Shown here: positions 16,838-25,987 of the stretch, piece after piece
Layout: each line of letters starts with the position of its first letter
Numbering within the stretch: the first letter of the stretch is position 1
Assembly (NCBI GenBank): GCA_964464205.1
Contig: CAYXFI010000003.1
Location: forward strand, 1 to 38,617
Origin: an uncultured Cytophagia bacterium
GTDB lineage: Bacteria > Zhuqueibacterota > Zhuqueibacteria > Oleimicrobiales > Geothermoviventaceae
Length of the DNA: 38,617 bases
Direction of reading: 5' to 3'
Notes under the pieces: model-generated
The model's database searches: none
Seen by the model: only the letters and a program-made list of their open reading frames with translations
Told to the model about the DNA's origin: nothing
Position numbers and translations under genes: made by a program

Positions 16838-19699
16838 TTGGTGCATCGGATCGAAATTGGCGTGAAACCGGATTTCAACGACCCCCACGCCGACGGGGTC
16901 CTGCACGAGGTCCAGGAGCTCGGGATCGAAAGCGTGGCCGGGGTTCGCTTCTACCAGGTGTACTACCTGCTCAGCGACGATCTGGACCGCGGCACGGTGT
17001 GGAGAATCGCCGAAGAGCTCCTGGCCGATCCGGTCACCCAGGAATACCGGATCGACGCGCAGTTCGACCCGCCCCAGGGGGAAGTCTGGTCCATTGAGAT
17101 TGCGTACAAGCCCGGGGTGATGGACCCCGTGGAAGAATCGGCGCGGAAGGCGATCTGCGATCTCAGCGTGGCCGGGGTGCAGGCGGTGAAGACTTCGCGG
17201 CGCTACCTCTTTGAGGGTCGGCTCGGTCCCGCCGAGCAGGATCTGATCGTCGACAAAGTGCTGGCGAACAAGGTCATCGAGCGCAGGCTCCGGCCGGGCG
17301 ACCGGATTTTCTTCGAAAAGATCGACTACGTGTTCCGACGGGTTGAAGTCCCCCTGCTGGAGGCTTCGGACGAGGACCTGCTGCGCATCAGCCGGGAAGG
17401 GCAACTGTTCCTCAATCTCACCGAGATGCGGACCATCCGCGATCATTTCCGCAAGATCGGGCGCAACCCCACCGACGTCGAGCTGGAGACCCTCGCTCAG
17501 ACCTGGTCGGAGCATTGCAGCCACAAGACGCTAAAGGGCAAAATCGAATTCGACGGCCAGGTCATCGACAACTTGCTGCGTAGCACGATCATGCGCGCCA
17601 CGGAAGCGCTGAACAAGCCGTGGTGTCTGTCGGTGTTCAAGGACAACTCGGGCGTGATCGAATTCGACGACGAATACGCGGTGTGCTTCAAAGTGGAGAC
17701 CCACAATCACCCGAGCGCGCTCGAGCCCTACGGCGGGGCCAATACGGGTATCGGCGGGGTGATCCGCGATCCGCTGGGCACCGGGCTTGGCGCCAGGCCC
17801 ATTGCCAACACCGACGTGTTCGCCTTCGGTCCCCCCGATTACCCGCGCGAGCGCCTGCCCCAGGGCGTGCTACACCCCAAGCGAATCATGCGTGGCGTCG
17901 TGGCAGGCGTGCGCGACTACGGGAACCGGATGGGCATCCCCACAGTGAACGGGGCCATCCTGTTCGATGAGCGCTACATCGGGAACCCGCTCGTGTACGC
18001 CGGGAATGTGGGGATCATGCCCAAGGATAAGGTGGAAAAGCAGATCGTCGTGGGCGACTACATCGTGCTCGTGGGAGGGCGTACCGGCCGCGACGGAATC
18101 CACGGAGCCACTTTCTCCTCAGGGGAGCTGACGAGCGAGTCGGAGGAGATCTCTTCGGGCGCCGTCCAAATCGGCAACCCGATCACGGAGAAGAAAGTGG
18201 TGGACACCCTGATGCAGGCCCGCGACCGTGGGCTGTACCGGGCCATCACGGACTGCGGCGCCGGCGGCCTCTCCTCGGCCGTCGGGGAATTGGCCGCCTC
18301 CACTGGAGCCGAAGTGCATCTGGAACGGGTGCCGCTGAAATACGAAGGGCTTAGCTACACCGAGATCTGGATCTCCGAAGCGCAGGAACGAATGGTCATC
18401 TTCGTGCCGCCGGAGAAGCTGGACGAAGCCCTCGCCCTGTTCGCCTCCGAGGACGTCGAGGCGACCGTCATCGGTCGACTCACGGGAGACCGGCGGCTAC
18501 GCCTGTACTACCAGGGCCATCAGGTGGCCGATCTGGACATGGATTTCCTGCACAACGGTCTGCCGCAGATCGTCCGCAAGGCCGAGTGGAAAATGCCGCG
18601 CCACCCCGAGCCGGACTTCGAAGAGCCCACTGACCTGAAGCCCTATCTTCACCGCCTGCTCTCCTCGTACAACATCGCGTCGAAGGAGTGGGTCATTCGC
18701 CAGTACGACCACGAGGTGCAGGGTGGCAGCGTACTGAAGCCGCTCGTGGGGCGTCACGACGACGGACCCAGCGACGCGGCCATACTGCGCCCGCGGCTGG
18801 ACTCCTACCGGGGGATCATTCTGGCCAACGGCATCAATCCGAGGTACGGCGACATAGACCCGTACTGGATGGCTGCTTCGGCGATCGACGAAGCCGTGAG
18901 GCAAGTGATCGCCGTCGGCGGGAGCCGCGAACGCCTGGCGCTGCTCGACAATTTCTCCTGGGGCAACACCGACAAACCGGACCGGCTCGGCTCCCTCGTG
19001 CGGGCCGCCCAGGCCTGCTACGACGTGGCCGTCGCCTACGGAACGCCCTTCATTTCCGGAAAGGATAGCCTGAACAACGAGTTCGCGGCCGACGGGGAAT
19101 CCATCGCCATCCCTGGCACCCTGCTGATCTCGGCGATCGCCGTGATGCCGGACGTGCGGAAAGCTGTCTCAATGGACCTCAAGGAACCGGGCAACCTGCT
19201 GTACGTGGTCGGGCTCACACGGCAGGAACTCGGGGGATCGCACTACCTCATGCTCTGGGGCCTGATCGGGAATTCGGTACCGAAGGTCGATCTGGGCACG
19301 GCACCGAGGGTATTCGACGCGCTCTCCGAGGCGACCTCTCGGGGGCTGGTGCGAGCCTGCCACGACTGCTCGGAGGGCGGCCTCGGTGTGGCGGTGGCCG
19401 AAATGGCTTTCGCCGGCGGCTACGGAGCCGAGGTGGACCTGCGGCGCGTCCCAACCGGCGAGCCTTTCGAACGGAGCGACTGGTTGCTTTTCTCCGAGAG
19501 CAACACCCGATTCGTGGTGGAGGTGCGGCCTGAGCATCGGGCGGAATTCGAGCGAATCCTCCGGGACGTTCCCCACGCTTTGGTTGGGCAGGTGCGCGAG
19601 GACAAAACCCTGTTGGTGAGGGGAATAGATGGCCGCACCGTTGTGGAAGAAGACGTGTACGCTCTGAAAGAGAGCTGGCAGAAACCCTTCCGGTGGTAG
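16838..19699 (+). CDS. purL: Phosphoribosylformylglycinamidine synthase subunit PurL with N-terminal PurS-like domains
   Basis: AQTWSEHCSHK, FKVETHNHPSALEPYGGA, DCGAGGLSS, ISEAQERM, QYDHEV, FISGKDSLNN, HDCSEGG. Start TTG 16838 or GTG 16841. Confidence 0.97.
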   Translation: MVHRIEIGVKPDFNDPHADGVLHEVQELGIESVAGVRFYQVYYLLSDDLDRGTVWRIAEELLADPVTQEYRIDAQFDPPQGEVWSIEIAYKPGVMDPVEESARKAICDLSVAGVQAVKTSRRYLFEGRLGPAEQDLIVDKVLANKVIERRLRPGDRIFFEKIDYVFRRVEVPLLEASDEDLLRISREGQLFLNLTEMRTIRDHFRKIGRNPTDVELETLAQTWSEHCSHKTLKGKIEFDGQVIDNLLRSTIMRATEALNKPWCLSVFKDNSGVIEFDDEYAVCFKVETHNHPSALEPYGGANTGIGGVIRDPLGTGLGARPIANTDVFAFGPPDYPRERLPQGVLHPKRIMRGVVAGVRDYGNRMGIPTVNGAILFDERYIGNPLVYAGNVGIMPKDKVEKQIVVGDYIVLVGGRTGRDGIHGATFSSGELTSESEEISSGAVQIGNPITEKKVVDTLMQARDRGLYRAITDCGAGGLSSAVGELAASTGAEVHLERVPLKYEGLSYTEIWISEAQERMVIFVPPEKLDEALALFASEDVEATVIGRLTGDRRLRLYYQGHQVADLDMDFLHNGLPQIVRKAEWKMPRHPEPDFEEPTDLKPYLHRLLSSYNIASKEWVIRQYDHEVQGGSVLKPLVGRHDDGPSDAAILRPRLDSYRGIILANGINPRYGDIDPYWMAASAIDEAVRQVIAVGGSRERLALLDNFSWGNTDKPDRLGSLVRAAQACYDVAVAYGTPFISGKDSLNNEFAADGESIAIPGTLLISAIAVMPDVRKAVSMDLKEPGNLLYVVGLTRQELGGSHYLMLWGLIGNSVPKVDLGTAPRVFDALSEATSRGLVRACHDCSEGGLGVAVAEMAFAGGYGAEVDLRRVPTGEPFERSDWLLFSESNTRFVVEVRPEHRAEFERILRDVPHALVGQVREDKTLLVRGIDGRTVVEEDVYALKESWQKPFRW

Positions 19700-19704
19700 G
19701 AGAG

Positions 19705-20499
19705 ATGGCGGACGACGTACGGGTTCTGGTTCTGCGCGCGGCGGGCAGCAATTGCGATTTGGAAACGGCCTTCGCGTTCCGCGCTGTCGGAGCGCGAGCC
19801 GATCTGGTGCACATCAACCGACTGGTCGAAGGCTCGGTGACCCTGGACAGCTACCACATCTTGGCTATCCCCGGCGGTTTCACGTACGGGGACGACGTGT
19901 CCGCGGGGAAGATCTTGGCGAACGAACTCAAGTACAAGCTCGGGGATCAGGTGCAGCGGTTTGTGGACGAGGGGAAGCTGATTCTGGGCATTTGCAACGG
20001 TTTCCAAGTGCTGGTGAAGGCGGGCCTTCTGCCACAGGGGCGCATCCGTGACGGCGGCCAACTCGTAACCCTCACCTACAACGACTCGGGCAAGTTCGAG
20101 GATCGGTGGGTCTACCTGGAGCCCAATCCCGACTCGCCCTGCGTTTTCACCCGGGGGCTCCGCGGGCGCCTGACGATGCCTGTGGCGCACGCTGAGGGTA
20201 AGTTCGTACCCGCCGACGACCGCCTGCTACGGTCGCTGGATTCGGGCAACCAGATCGTCTTCCGTTACGTGGGACCGGACGGAGGACCGGCGCGCTACCC
20301 ATGGAATCCGAACGGCTCCGTTGCCGACGTGGCCGGGATCTGCGACCCCACCGGCCGGATCTTCGGCCTGATGCCCCATCCCGAACGGCACTTCGATCCC
20401 ACGCAGCACCCGCGCTGGACCCGCGAAGGGCTACGCCCCGAGGGAGACGGCGTGGCCATCTTCCGGAATGCTGTGGAGTACGTGAAGCAGAACTTGTAG
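19705..20499 (+). CDS. purQ: Phosphoribosylformylglycinamidine synthase subunit PurQ (glutaminase)
   Basis: GSNCD, PGGFTYGD, LGICNGFQ, AHAEG, GLMPHPER. SD AGGAG before ATG 19705. Confidence 0.97.
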   Translation: MADDVRVLVLRAAGSNCDLETAFAFRAVGARADLVHINRLVEGSVTLDSYHILAIPGGFTYGDDVSAGKILANELKYKLGDQVQRFVDEGKLILGICNGFQVLVKAGLLPQGRIRDGGQLVTLTYNDSGKFEDRWVYLEPNPDSPCVFTRGLRGRLTMPVAHAEGKFVPADDRLLRSLDSGNQIVFRYVGPDGGPARYPWNPNGSVADVAGICDPTGRIFGLMPHPERHFDPTQHPRWTREGLRPEGDGVAIFRNAVEYVKQNL

Positions 20500-20573
20500 G
20501 CAAGATCCCCCACTCCCTTTTCTAGCGGCGTGCCCCCGGCGTGCATCCCCCACGCGTGGTTGGGTGCGGTGGC

Positions 20574-21257
20574 TCATTCCCGCCCGTAGCGTTGCACGAA
20601 CGCCCGGAAGTCGTGAATGAATACGCGTCGCCCCACGCGCTTGATCATGCCTTCCGACTCGAAGTGCTTCAGCGCCCGGCTGATCGTCTCTCGCGCCGTC
20701 CCGGCCATGTTGGCCATGTCGCGTTGCAGCGGCAGCCGCGGGATCACCACGGTTGGTCCCAACGAGCGCCCCGTCTTTTGCGCCAGCTGAATGAGCGCCG
20801 AAGCCACGCGTCCGATGGCGTCGCGAAGACTCAGGCTGGAGATTTGCTGGTCGCAGGCCCGGATCCTGGCAGCCAGCTCCCGCAGCAGGCTGATGGCGAT
20901 GTTGGGCCGATCATTCAAGAGCGCCAAGAAGTCGGATCGACGCAGGGTCAGCAGATCCGTGTCCTCGAGAGCGATCACGGATGCGGAACGGGCTTTCCCG
21001 TCCAGCAGCGCCAGCTCACCGAAGAAATCGCCTTCACGGAGGATCGCCAGGATCACCTCCCTGCCATCCGAGGCGATGTGCGACACCTTAACCTGCCCCC
21101 GAACGATGATGAACAGCGTGCTCCCTTCCTCGGCCTCCGCGACGATCATCGTGCCGCGGCGGGCGTGCAGAGAACTACACCTACGTGCAATCTGCTCGAT
21201 TTCGCCAGCACTCAGCTCCCCAAACAGGGGCACCTTTCGCAGCAAAGCCTCCTTCAT
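20574..21257 (-). CDS. Crp/Fnr-family transcriptional regulator
   Basis: cNMP-binding motif FFGELALLDGKARSA and HTH MANMAGTARETISR. Start at ATG 21257. Confidence 0.93.
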   Translation of the reverse strand: MKEALLRKVPLFGELSAGEIEQIARRCSSLHARRGTMIVAEAEEGSTLFIIVRGQVKVSHIASDGREVILAILREGDFFGELALLDGKARSASVIALEDTDLLTLRRSDFLALLNDRPNIAISLLRELAARIRACDQQISSLSLRDAIGRVASALIQLAQKTGRSLGPTVVIPRLPLQRDMANMAGTARETISRALKHFESEGMIKRVGRRVFIHDFRAFVQRYGRE

Positions 21258-21273
21258 TTCCACCGCCGCTCCC

Positions 21274-22461
21274 TCAAACGGTTCGTTGCCCTTTGCGTTC
21301 GGTAGCTGATGGAACCCGAAAACCTCCTTCGCTTCGCTCCTCCAACAAGCGTACGTAGAGAGACTCAACCTCGCTGAGCATCCGCTCGCGGCTGAAGCGA
21401 GCCCGTGCCGCCTCGAGCGCCGCCCGCGACATCCGTCGCCGCAAGTCGTGGTCGCGCGCCAGTGCGAGCACCCGGTCGGTCAATTGCTCCACGTCCGTCG
21501 GGGGCACCATCCAGCCCGTCACACCCTCCTCCACCACGTCCAGTACGCCGTCGCAGTTGCTGGTGACTACTGGCAGGCCAGCGGCCATCGCTTCGATGAG
21601 CACGAGTCCGAATGCCTCGGCGTGAGAAGGGAACACGAAGAGATCCATCGCCGCGAGCACAGCGGGCACGTCGGAACGGAAGCCCGCCAGAACGATACGA
21701 TCGCGCACCGGCGAAGAGCGCCACCGAGCGCGAATTCGCTCGGCCTTCTCCTCTTCCCCGACCGTCTCTCCCCCCACGATCAAAAAGCGTGCCTCCGGCA
21801 GGACGGGCGCCACCCGCTCGGCCATCGCGATGAACTCGAGGTGCCCTTTGTGCGGCTCCAGCCTTCCCATGATGCCGATTACGAGATGGTCCGAGCCGAA
21901 ACCGAATTCCCGACGCACTTGTTCTCTTCGCTCGCGGGCGCGCTCGAACTCGGCCACGTCCACGCCGTGGTAGATCACACCCACCTTCGCCGCGGGCAGG
22001 GGATGTGTGGCGAGCAAATTCTGCGCAATCACGCGCGAGATCGCAACGGCGTAGTCGACTCGCCGGTACAACCACCGGTGCAAAGGATCTCGCTTGGGCC
22101 GCTGCGTGCCGATGTGTTTGGTGAAGACCAGGGGCACATCCGCAACGGCCTTCATCGCCGGCACAAGTTGCCACAGGTCCCGGGAGTAGTGAGCGTGTAT
22201 CACGTCCGGCTGCACAAGTTGCAACCAGCGGGCCAGTCGCAACGTTCGGACCGGCGCCACGTACCTGCCGCCCGGGAAGCTCCACACATGGACTTCCGCA
22301 CCTCCCAGCGCAGCGCTGAGCGGTGACCCCGGAGCAGCGGCCACCCACACGTCGTGCCCCCTCCGTTGCAGCTCGCGGCTCAGAATCGCCACGTGCATCT
22401 CCATCCCGCCCCACGAGCGCGAAGAGCAAACCTGCACGATGCGGAGTTTGCCAGGGCTCAC
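21274..22461 (-). CDS. GT4-family glycosyltransferase
   Basis: WGGMEMH, IYHGVD, GRLEPHKG, PSHAEAFGLVLIEAMAAGLPVV. GTG start overlaps the upstream stop (GTGA). Confidence 0.92.
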   Translation of the reverse strand: MSPGKLRIVQVCSSRSWGGMEMHVAILSRELQRRGHDVWVAAAPGSPLSAALGGAEVHVWSFPGGRYVAPVRTLRLARWLQLVQPDVIHAHYSRDLWQLVPAMKAVADVPLVFTKHIGTQRPKRDPLHRWLYRRVDYAVAISRVIAQNLLATHPLPAAKVGVIYHGVDVAEFERARERREQVRREFGFGSDHLVIGIMGRLEPHKGHLEFIAMAERVAPVLPEARFLIVGGETVGEEEKAERIRARWRSSPVRDRIVLAGFRSDVPAVLAAMDLFVFPSHAEAFGLVLIEAMAAGLPVVTSNCDGVLDVVEEGVTGWMVPPTDVEQLTDRVLALARDHDLRRRMSRAALEAARARFSRERMLSEVESLYVRLLEERSEGGFRVPSATERKGQRTV

Positions 22462-23195
22462 GATTTCTTGCGGTTCAAGGCGTCGAGCTCCTGCCACAGC
22501 TCGTACACTTTGCTCATCACGAAATCCGCCTGCTGCTGCAGAGCCTCCCGCGTCCTCTCCTTTCCTTCCAACCTGGGCAAGTGAATCGGTTCGCCCACTT
22601 TCACACGGATCTTGCGTGGGCGCGGGAAGAAGCTGTGCGGCGGGAGCACCCGGTTGGTGCCCCAGATGGCCACCGGCACCACGGGACAGCCAGCGGCCTG
22701 GGCCATGCGCACGAAGCCCGTCCGCGGCTTGGGCGGCGGCGCGTTGAAGTCGCGTCGGCGCGTACCCTCGGGTGCAATGAACAGCACGTCGCCCTCCCGC
22801 AGCACCTCGATGGCGCGCTCGAAGGCCCTACGGTCCAGCGCACCCCGTCGGACGGGGAACATGTACACCAGGCGCATCCACTGACCCACGATGGGGATCT
22901 TGAAGAGAGAGTCCTTCACCATCACGTGCACGCGCCGACGCACGCTGAGCGCCGAGGCGATCGCATCCATGTGGCTCTGGTGATTGACGACAGCGATGAA
23001 AGCCCCTGTCTTGGGCATATTCTCAACGCCGTAGACTTCCGCGCAATTGTACAGTTTCCCGAAAAGCTTGAAGGCGTAAAGGCCTGACCAGTAGAAAGCC
23101 TCCCGGATCCAAAAAACGAACCGGTCGAGCCACTTCGGCAGTCTCCGACCGGTCCGGCGAACTCGCAGTGGAAGCGATTTGCCCGCGGTCTCCAC
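22458..23195 (-). CDS. plsC: 1-acyl-sn-glycerol-3-phosphate acyltransferase (PlsC family)
   Basis: NHQSHMD (HxxxxD), FPVRRG, APEGTR, PVVPVAI. Start uncertain (GTG 23195 or 23237). Confidence 0.88.
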   Translation of the reverse strand: METAGKSLPLRVRRTGRRLPKWLDRFVFWIREAFYWSGLYAFKLFGKLYNCAEVYGVENMPKTGAFIAVVNHQSHMDAIASALSVRRRVHVMVKDSLFKIPIVGQWMRLVYMFPVRRGALDRRAFERAIEVLREGDVLFIAPEGTRRRDFNAPPPKPRTGFVRMAQAAGCPVVPVAIWGTNRVLPPHSFFPRPRKIRVKVGEPIHLPRLEGKERTREALQQQADFVMSKVYELWQELDALNRKKS

Positions 23196-23258
23196 TCTCT
23201 TTTCCTCGCAGCTTACCCTCGATGCCGACCGATCCACGCCCGGTCACAGACGACCGGA

Positions 23259-23274
23259 TGTGATCTCCATCAAC
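23259..23274. promoter_or_regulatory. Crp/Fnr-like binding site
   Basis: TGTGA-TCTCCA-TCAAC (CRP consensus TGTGA-N6-TCACA; FNR half-site ATCAA), upstream of the operon encoding the Crp/Fnr regulator. Confidence 0.4.
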
Positions 23275-23631
23275 TTCTTGTGTGGAAGTTAATGCGCGGG
23301 GGGTCAAAAAACAAGGGGTAGGAAGATCCAGGGTTCTCTCCCGCCTGTGCAAAAGGGGCGCGAAAAGTACTGACAGGTCAAGCCATCGGAAATAGCTGGC
23401 CAACCTTGAACCAGTAGCAATGATCGTCTGCAGATTGCATGAGCAGCCGAACAACCTCAGAAGCGAAAAAGGTGGATGCCGATAGACGCGGCCAAGTGTG
23501 GACAGTCGCAACCGGGACCTTACGGACCCTCACAGGCCGTCCGGTAGTAGGAGCCATCCCGCCAGCGAATGGGGCAATCCGAGGCTGGAGATGAAGTACA
23601 ACATACGTCCCGCGTCACACTCGCAGCGTAG

Positions 23632-24606
23632 TCAACCCAGCCGCACCTTCTTGGCCTCCTCGTACGCCGCCAGGACGTTCTCAAGCGGGATCTCCTCGGA
23701 CACGGAGTGGGATGTGCAGAGAATCAACCCGCCGTCGGTCCCCAACTGTTGCACTTTCTCGCGAGCGAACGCGCGGGCCTCGTCGGGGCTCATCTCGGAC
23801 AAGAGTCGCACGTCCAGGCCACCGTAGAGACACAGGCGTCGCCCGAAACGCCGCCGCACCGCGAGCTGGTCCATCCCAGCGGTCTCCTGAACCGGATGCA
23901 GCACGCGGACGCCCAGCCCCACAAGTTCTTCCAAAACGGGTTCGATGTAGCCGTCGCTGTGCACCGCCACAGGCACGTCCCGCTCGATCCCCGCGCGAAC
24001 GATCCTCTCCACGGCCGGCCGAATCAGGTCCCTCCAGTCTCTGGGGTTGAAGAGCATCGTCTGGTTCTGACCCCAATCGTCGGATACCAACAGAATGTCG
24101 ATTCCGAGGTCGATGGCATTGCAGGCAACCCTGTAGGACCACTCACCGAGCCGGCGGAAGAACTCCGCCACTTTGTCCCGGTTCAGAGCCATCTCCATTA
24201 GGGCGTTTTCGGTGCCCAGGAACCCCTGCAGCGCCTCGTACGGCCCCACGACCCAGCCCAACACCGCGCGCCCCCTTTGACGACCGTGCTTCTCCACGCT
24301 CTCCACGATCCCGCGCTTGTACCGCACCTGTTTGTGCTCCTGCGTGTATACGGACCGGTCGTCCGGGTCGACAAAAGCGGTGTCCAGCACCTCGTCGATC
24401 GTTTGCCACTCACGGTCAGGGGGCTTCGGCATCGCGGTGAAGGCCATGAACAGGTCGGTTTCCAGCAGGTCAAGGAAGGCGTCCATGCCGCCGTATCTCT
24501 CGTCCAGCATCTTTTCCCAGGGCTCGTCGATGACCCACACGTCGATGGGCACCCGATCAGGTCGCTCGAAACGGATCGCCTTCAGTACGCGCTCTCGGGA
24601 GATCAC
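23632..24606 (-). CDS. Uroporphyrinogen decarboxylase / MtaA-CmuA family protein
   Basis: SRERVLKAIRFERPDRVP, SDDWGQN, VHSDG, LHPVQ, LCLYGGLD, ILCTSHSV...PLENVLA. Confidence 0.88.
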   Translation of the reverse strand: MISRERVLKAIRFERPDRVPIDVWVIDEPWEKMLDERYGGMDAFLDLLETDLFMAFTAMPKPPDREWQTIDEVLDTAFVDPDDRSVYTQEHKQVRYKRGIVESVEKHGRQRGRAVLGWVVGPYEALQGFLGTENALMEMALNRDKVAEFFRRLGEWSYRVACNAIDLGIDILLVSDDWGQNQTMLFNPRDWRDLIRPAVERIVRAGIERDVPVAVHSDGYIEPVLEELVGLGVRVLHPVQETAGMDQLAVRRRFGRRLCLYGGLDVRLLSEMSPDEARAFAREKVQQLGTDGGLILCTSHSVSEEIPLENVLAAYEEAKKVRLG

Positions 24607-24632
24607 GCCGGGGCCTCCGCAGTTTCGCTCGC

Positions 24633-24662
24633 AAAAAGAACGGGGCGACCGGTGTCGCCCCG
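24633..24662 (-). terminator. Rho-independent terminator downstream of pgk
   Basis: 9-bp stem CGGGGCGAC/GTCGCCCCG with a 4-nt loop, followed on the minus strand by TTCTTTTT. Confidence 0.7.
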
Positions 24663-24690
24663 CGCGTTGTCGCCTGAGGAAAGTAGTTCG

Positions 24691-25887
24691 CTACTTGTCC
24701 GTCAAAGCAGCCACACCGGGCAGCGTGAGGCCCGCGAGGAACTCGAGAGAAGCCCCGCCGCCCGTGGACACGTGGGACACTTTGTCCGCCAGCCCAGCCT
24801 TCTTGATCGCCGCGGCGGAATCGCCGCCGCCCACCACGGTGATCGCGCCTTTGGCCGTGGCATCGGCCAGGGCCTGGGCGATGGCAAAGGTCCCCTTCGC
24901 GAAGGGTTCCTTCTCGAACACACCCATGGGCCCGTTCCACACGATCGTCTTCGCGGCGAGGATCTTCTCGCGGAAACGCTCGATGGTCTTCGGACCGATG
25001 TCCACGCCGATCCACCCTTCCGGCACGTTCTCGTCGGCCGTCACTTGCGTCTCCGCATCCTCGGAGACTTCCTTCGCCACCACGTTGTCCAGCGGCAGCA
25101 GAAGCTCGACGCCCTTTGCCTCGGCGTCGGCCATCACTTGCTTGGCCACTTCGATACGGTCCTCTTCCAGGAGCGAATTGCCTATCGAGTAGCCCTCGGC
25201 CTTGAAGAAAGTGTAGGCCATTCCGCCGCCGATCAGCAGCGCGTCCACTTTGGGCAGGAGATTCTGAATCACGTCGATCTTGCCGCTGATCTTCGCCCCG
25301 CCCATAATGGCTACGTAGGGCCGCTCGGGCTCGCCGACCGCCTTCCCGAGGTACTCGAGCTCTTTCTGCATCAAGTAGCCGGCCGCACACACGTCGAAGT
25401 ATTTCGTCACGCCCACGGTGGAAGCGTGGGCCCGATGGGCAGTGCCGAAGGCATCGTTCACGTACACGTCGCCCAGTTTGGCTAGTTGTTTCGCGAACTC
25501 CGGATCGTTGGCCTCCTCGCCGGCATGAAAACGCACGTTCTCCAGCAGCAGCACTTCACCCGGTTTCAACTCCTGCGCCATTTTTTCCACTTCTGGGCCG
25601 ATGCAATCGGGGGCCATCTTCACCGGTTTTCCGAGCAGTTCGGACAGCCGTTCGGCGACGGGTTTCAAGCTGTACTTCTCGTTCCATTTCCCTTTGGGAC
25701 GACCCAGGTGCGACATCAGCACCAGGGAGCCTCCCGACTCTAAGACTTTCTTGATGCTCGGGAGCGCCGCGCGGATGCGCAGGTCATCGGCAACTTTCCC
25801 ATCCTCGCCAATGGGCACGTTGAAGTCCACCCGCATCAACACTCGTTTTCCGGAAACGTCGACGTCGTCGAGCGTAAGTTTGGCCAT
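24691..25887 (-). CDS. pgk: Phosphoglycerate kinase
   Basis: [66 protein letters not shown] 25887 after GGAGG. Confidence 0.98.
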   Translation of the reverse strand: MAKLTLDDVDVSGKRVLMRVDFNVPIGEDGKVADDLRIRAALPSIKKVLESGGSLVLMSHLGRPKGKWNEKYSLKPVAERLSELLGKPVKMAPDCIGPEVEKMAQELKPGEVLLLENVRFHAGEEANDPEFAKQLAKLGDVYVNDAFGTAHRAHASTVGVTKYFDVCAAGYLMQKELEYLGKAVGEPERPYVAIMGGAKISGKIDVIQNLLPKVDALLIGGGMAYTFFKAEGYSIGNSLLEEDRIEVAKQVMADAEAKGVELLLPLDNVVAKEVSEDAETQVTADENVPEGWIGVDIGPKTIERFREKILAAKTIVWNGPMGVFEKEPFAKGTFAIAQALADATAKGAITVVGGGDSAAAIKKAGLADKVSHVSTGGGASLEFLAGLTLPGVAALTDK

Positions 25888-25987
25888 GGTTCCACCTCCG
25901 TCGAATCGGATCAGCAACGTCCGCGTCCACCCCGCTCAGCGGGCGCCTACTCGTTTCAGATGAATGAGAGAACAACAGAGGTGTTCG

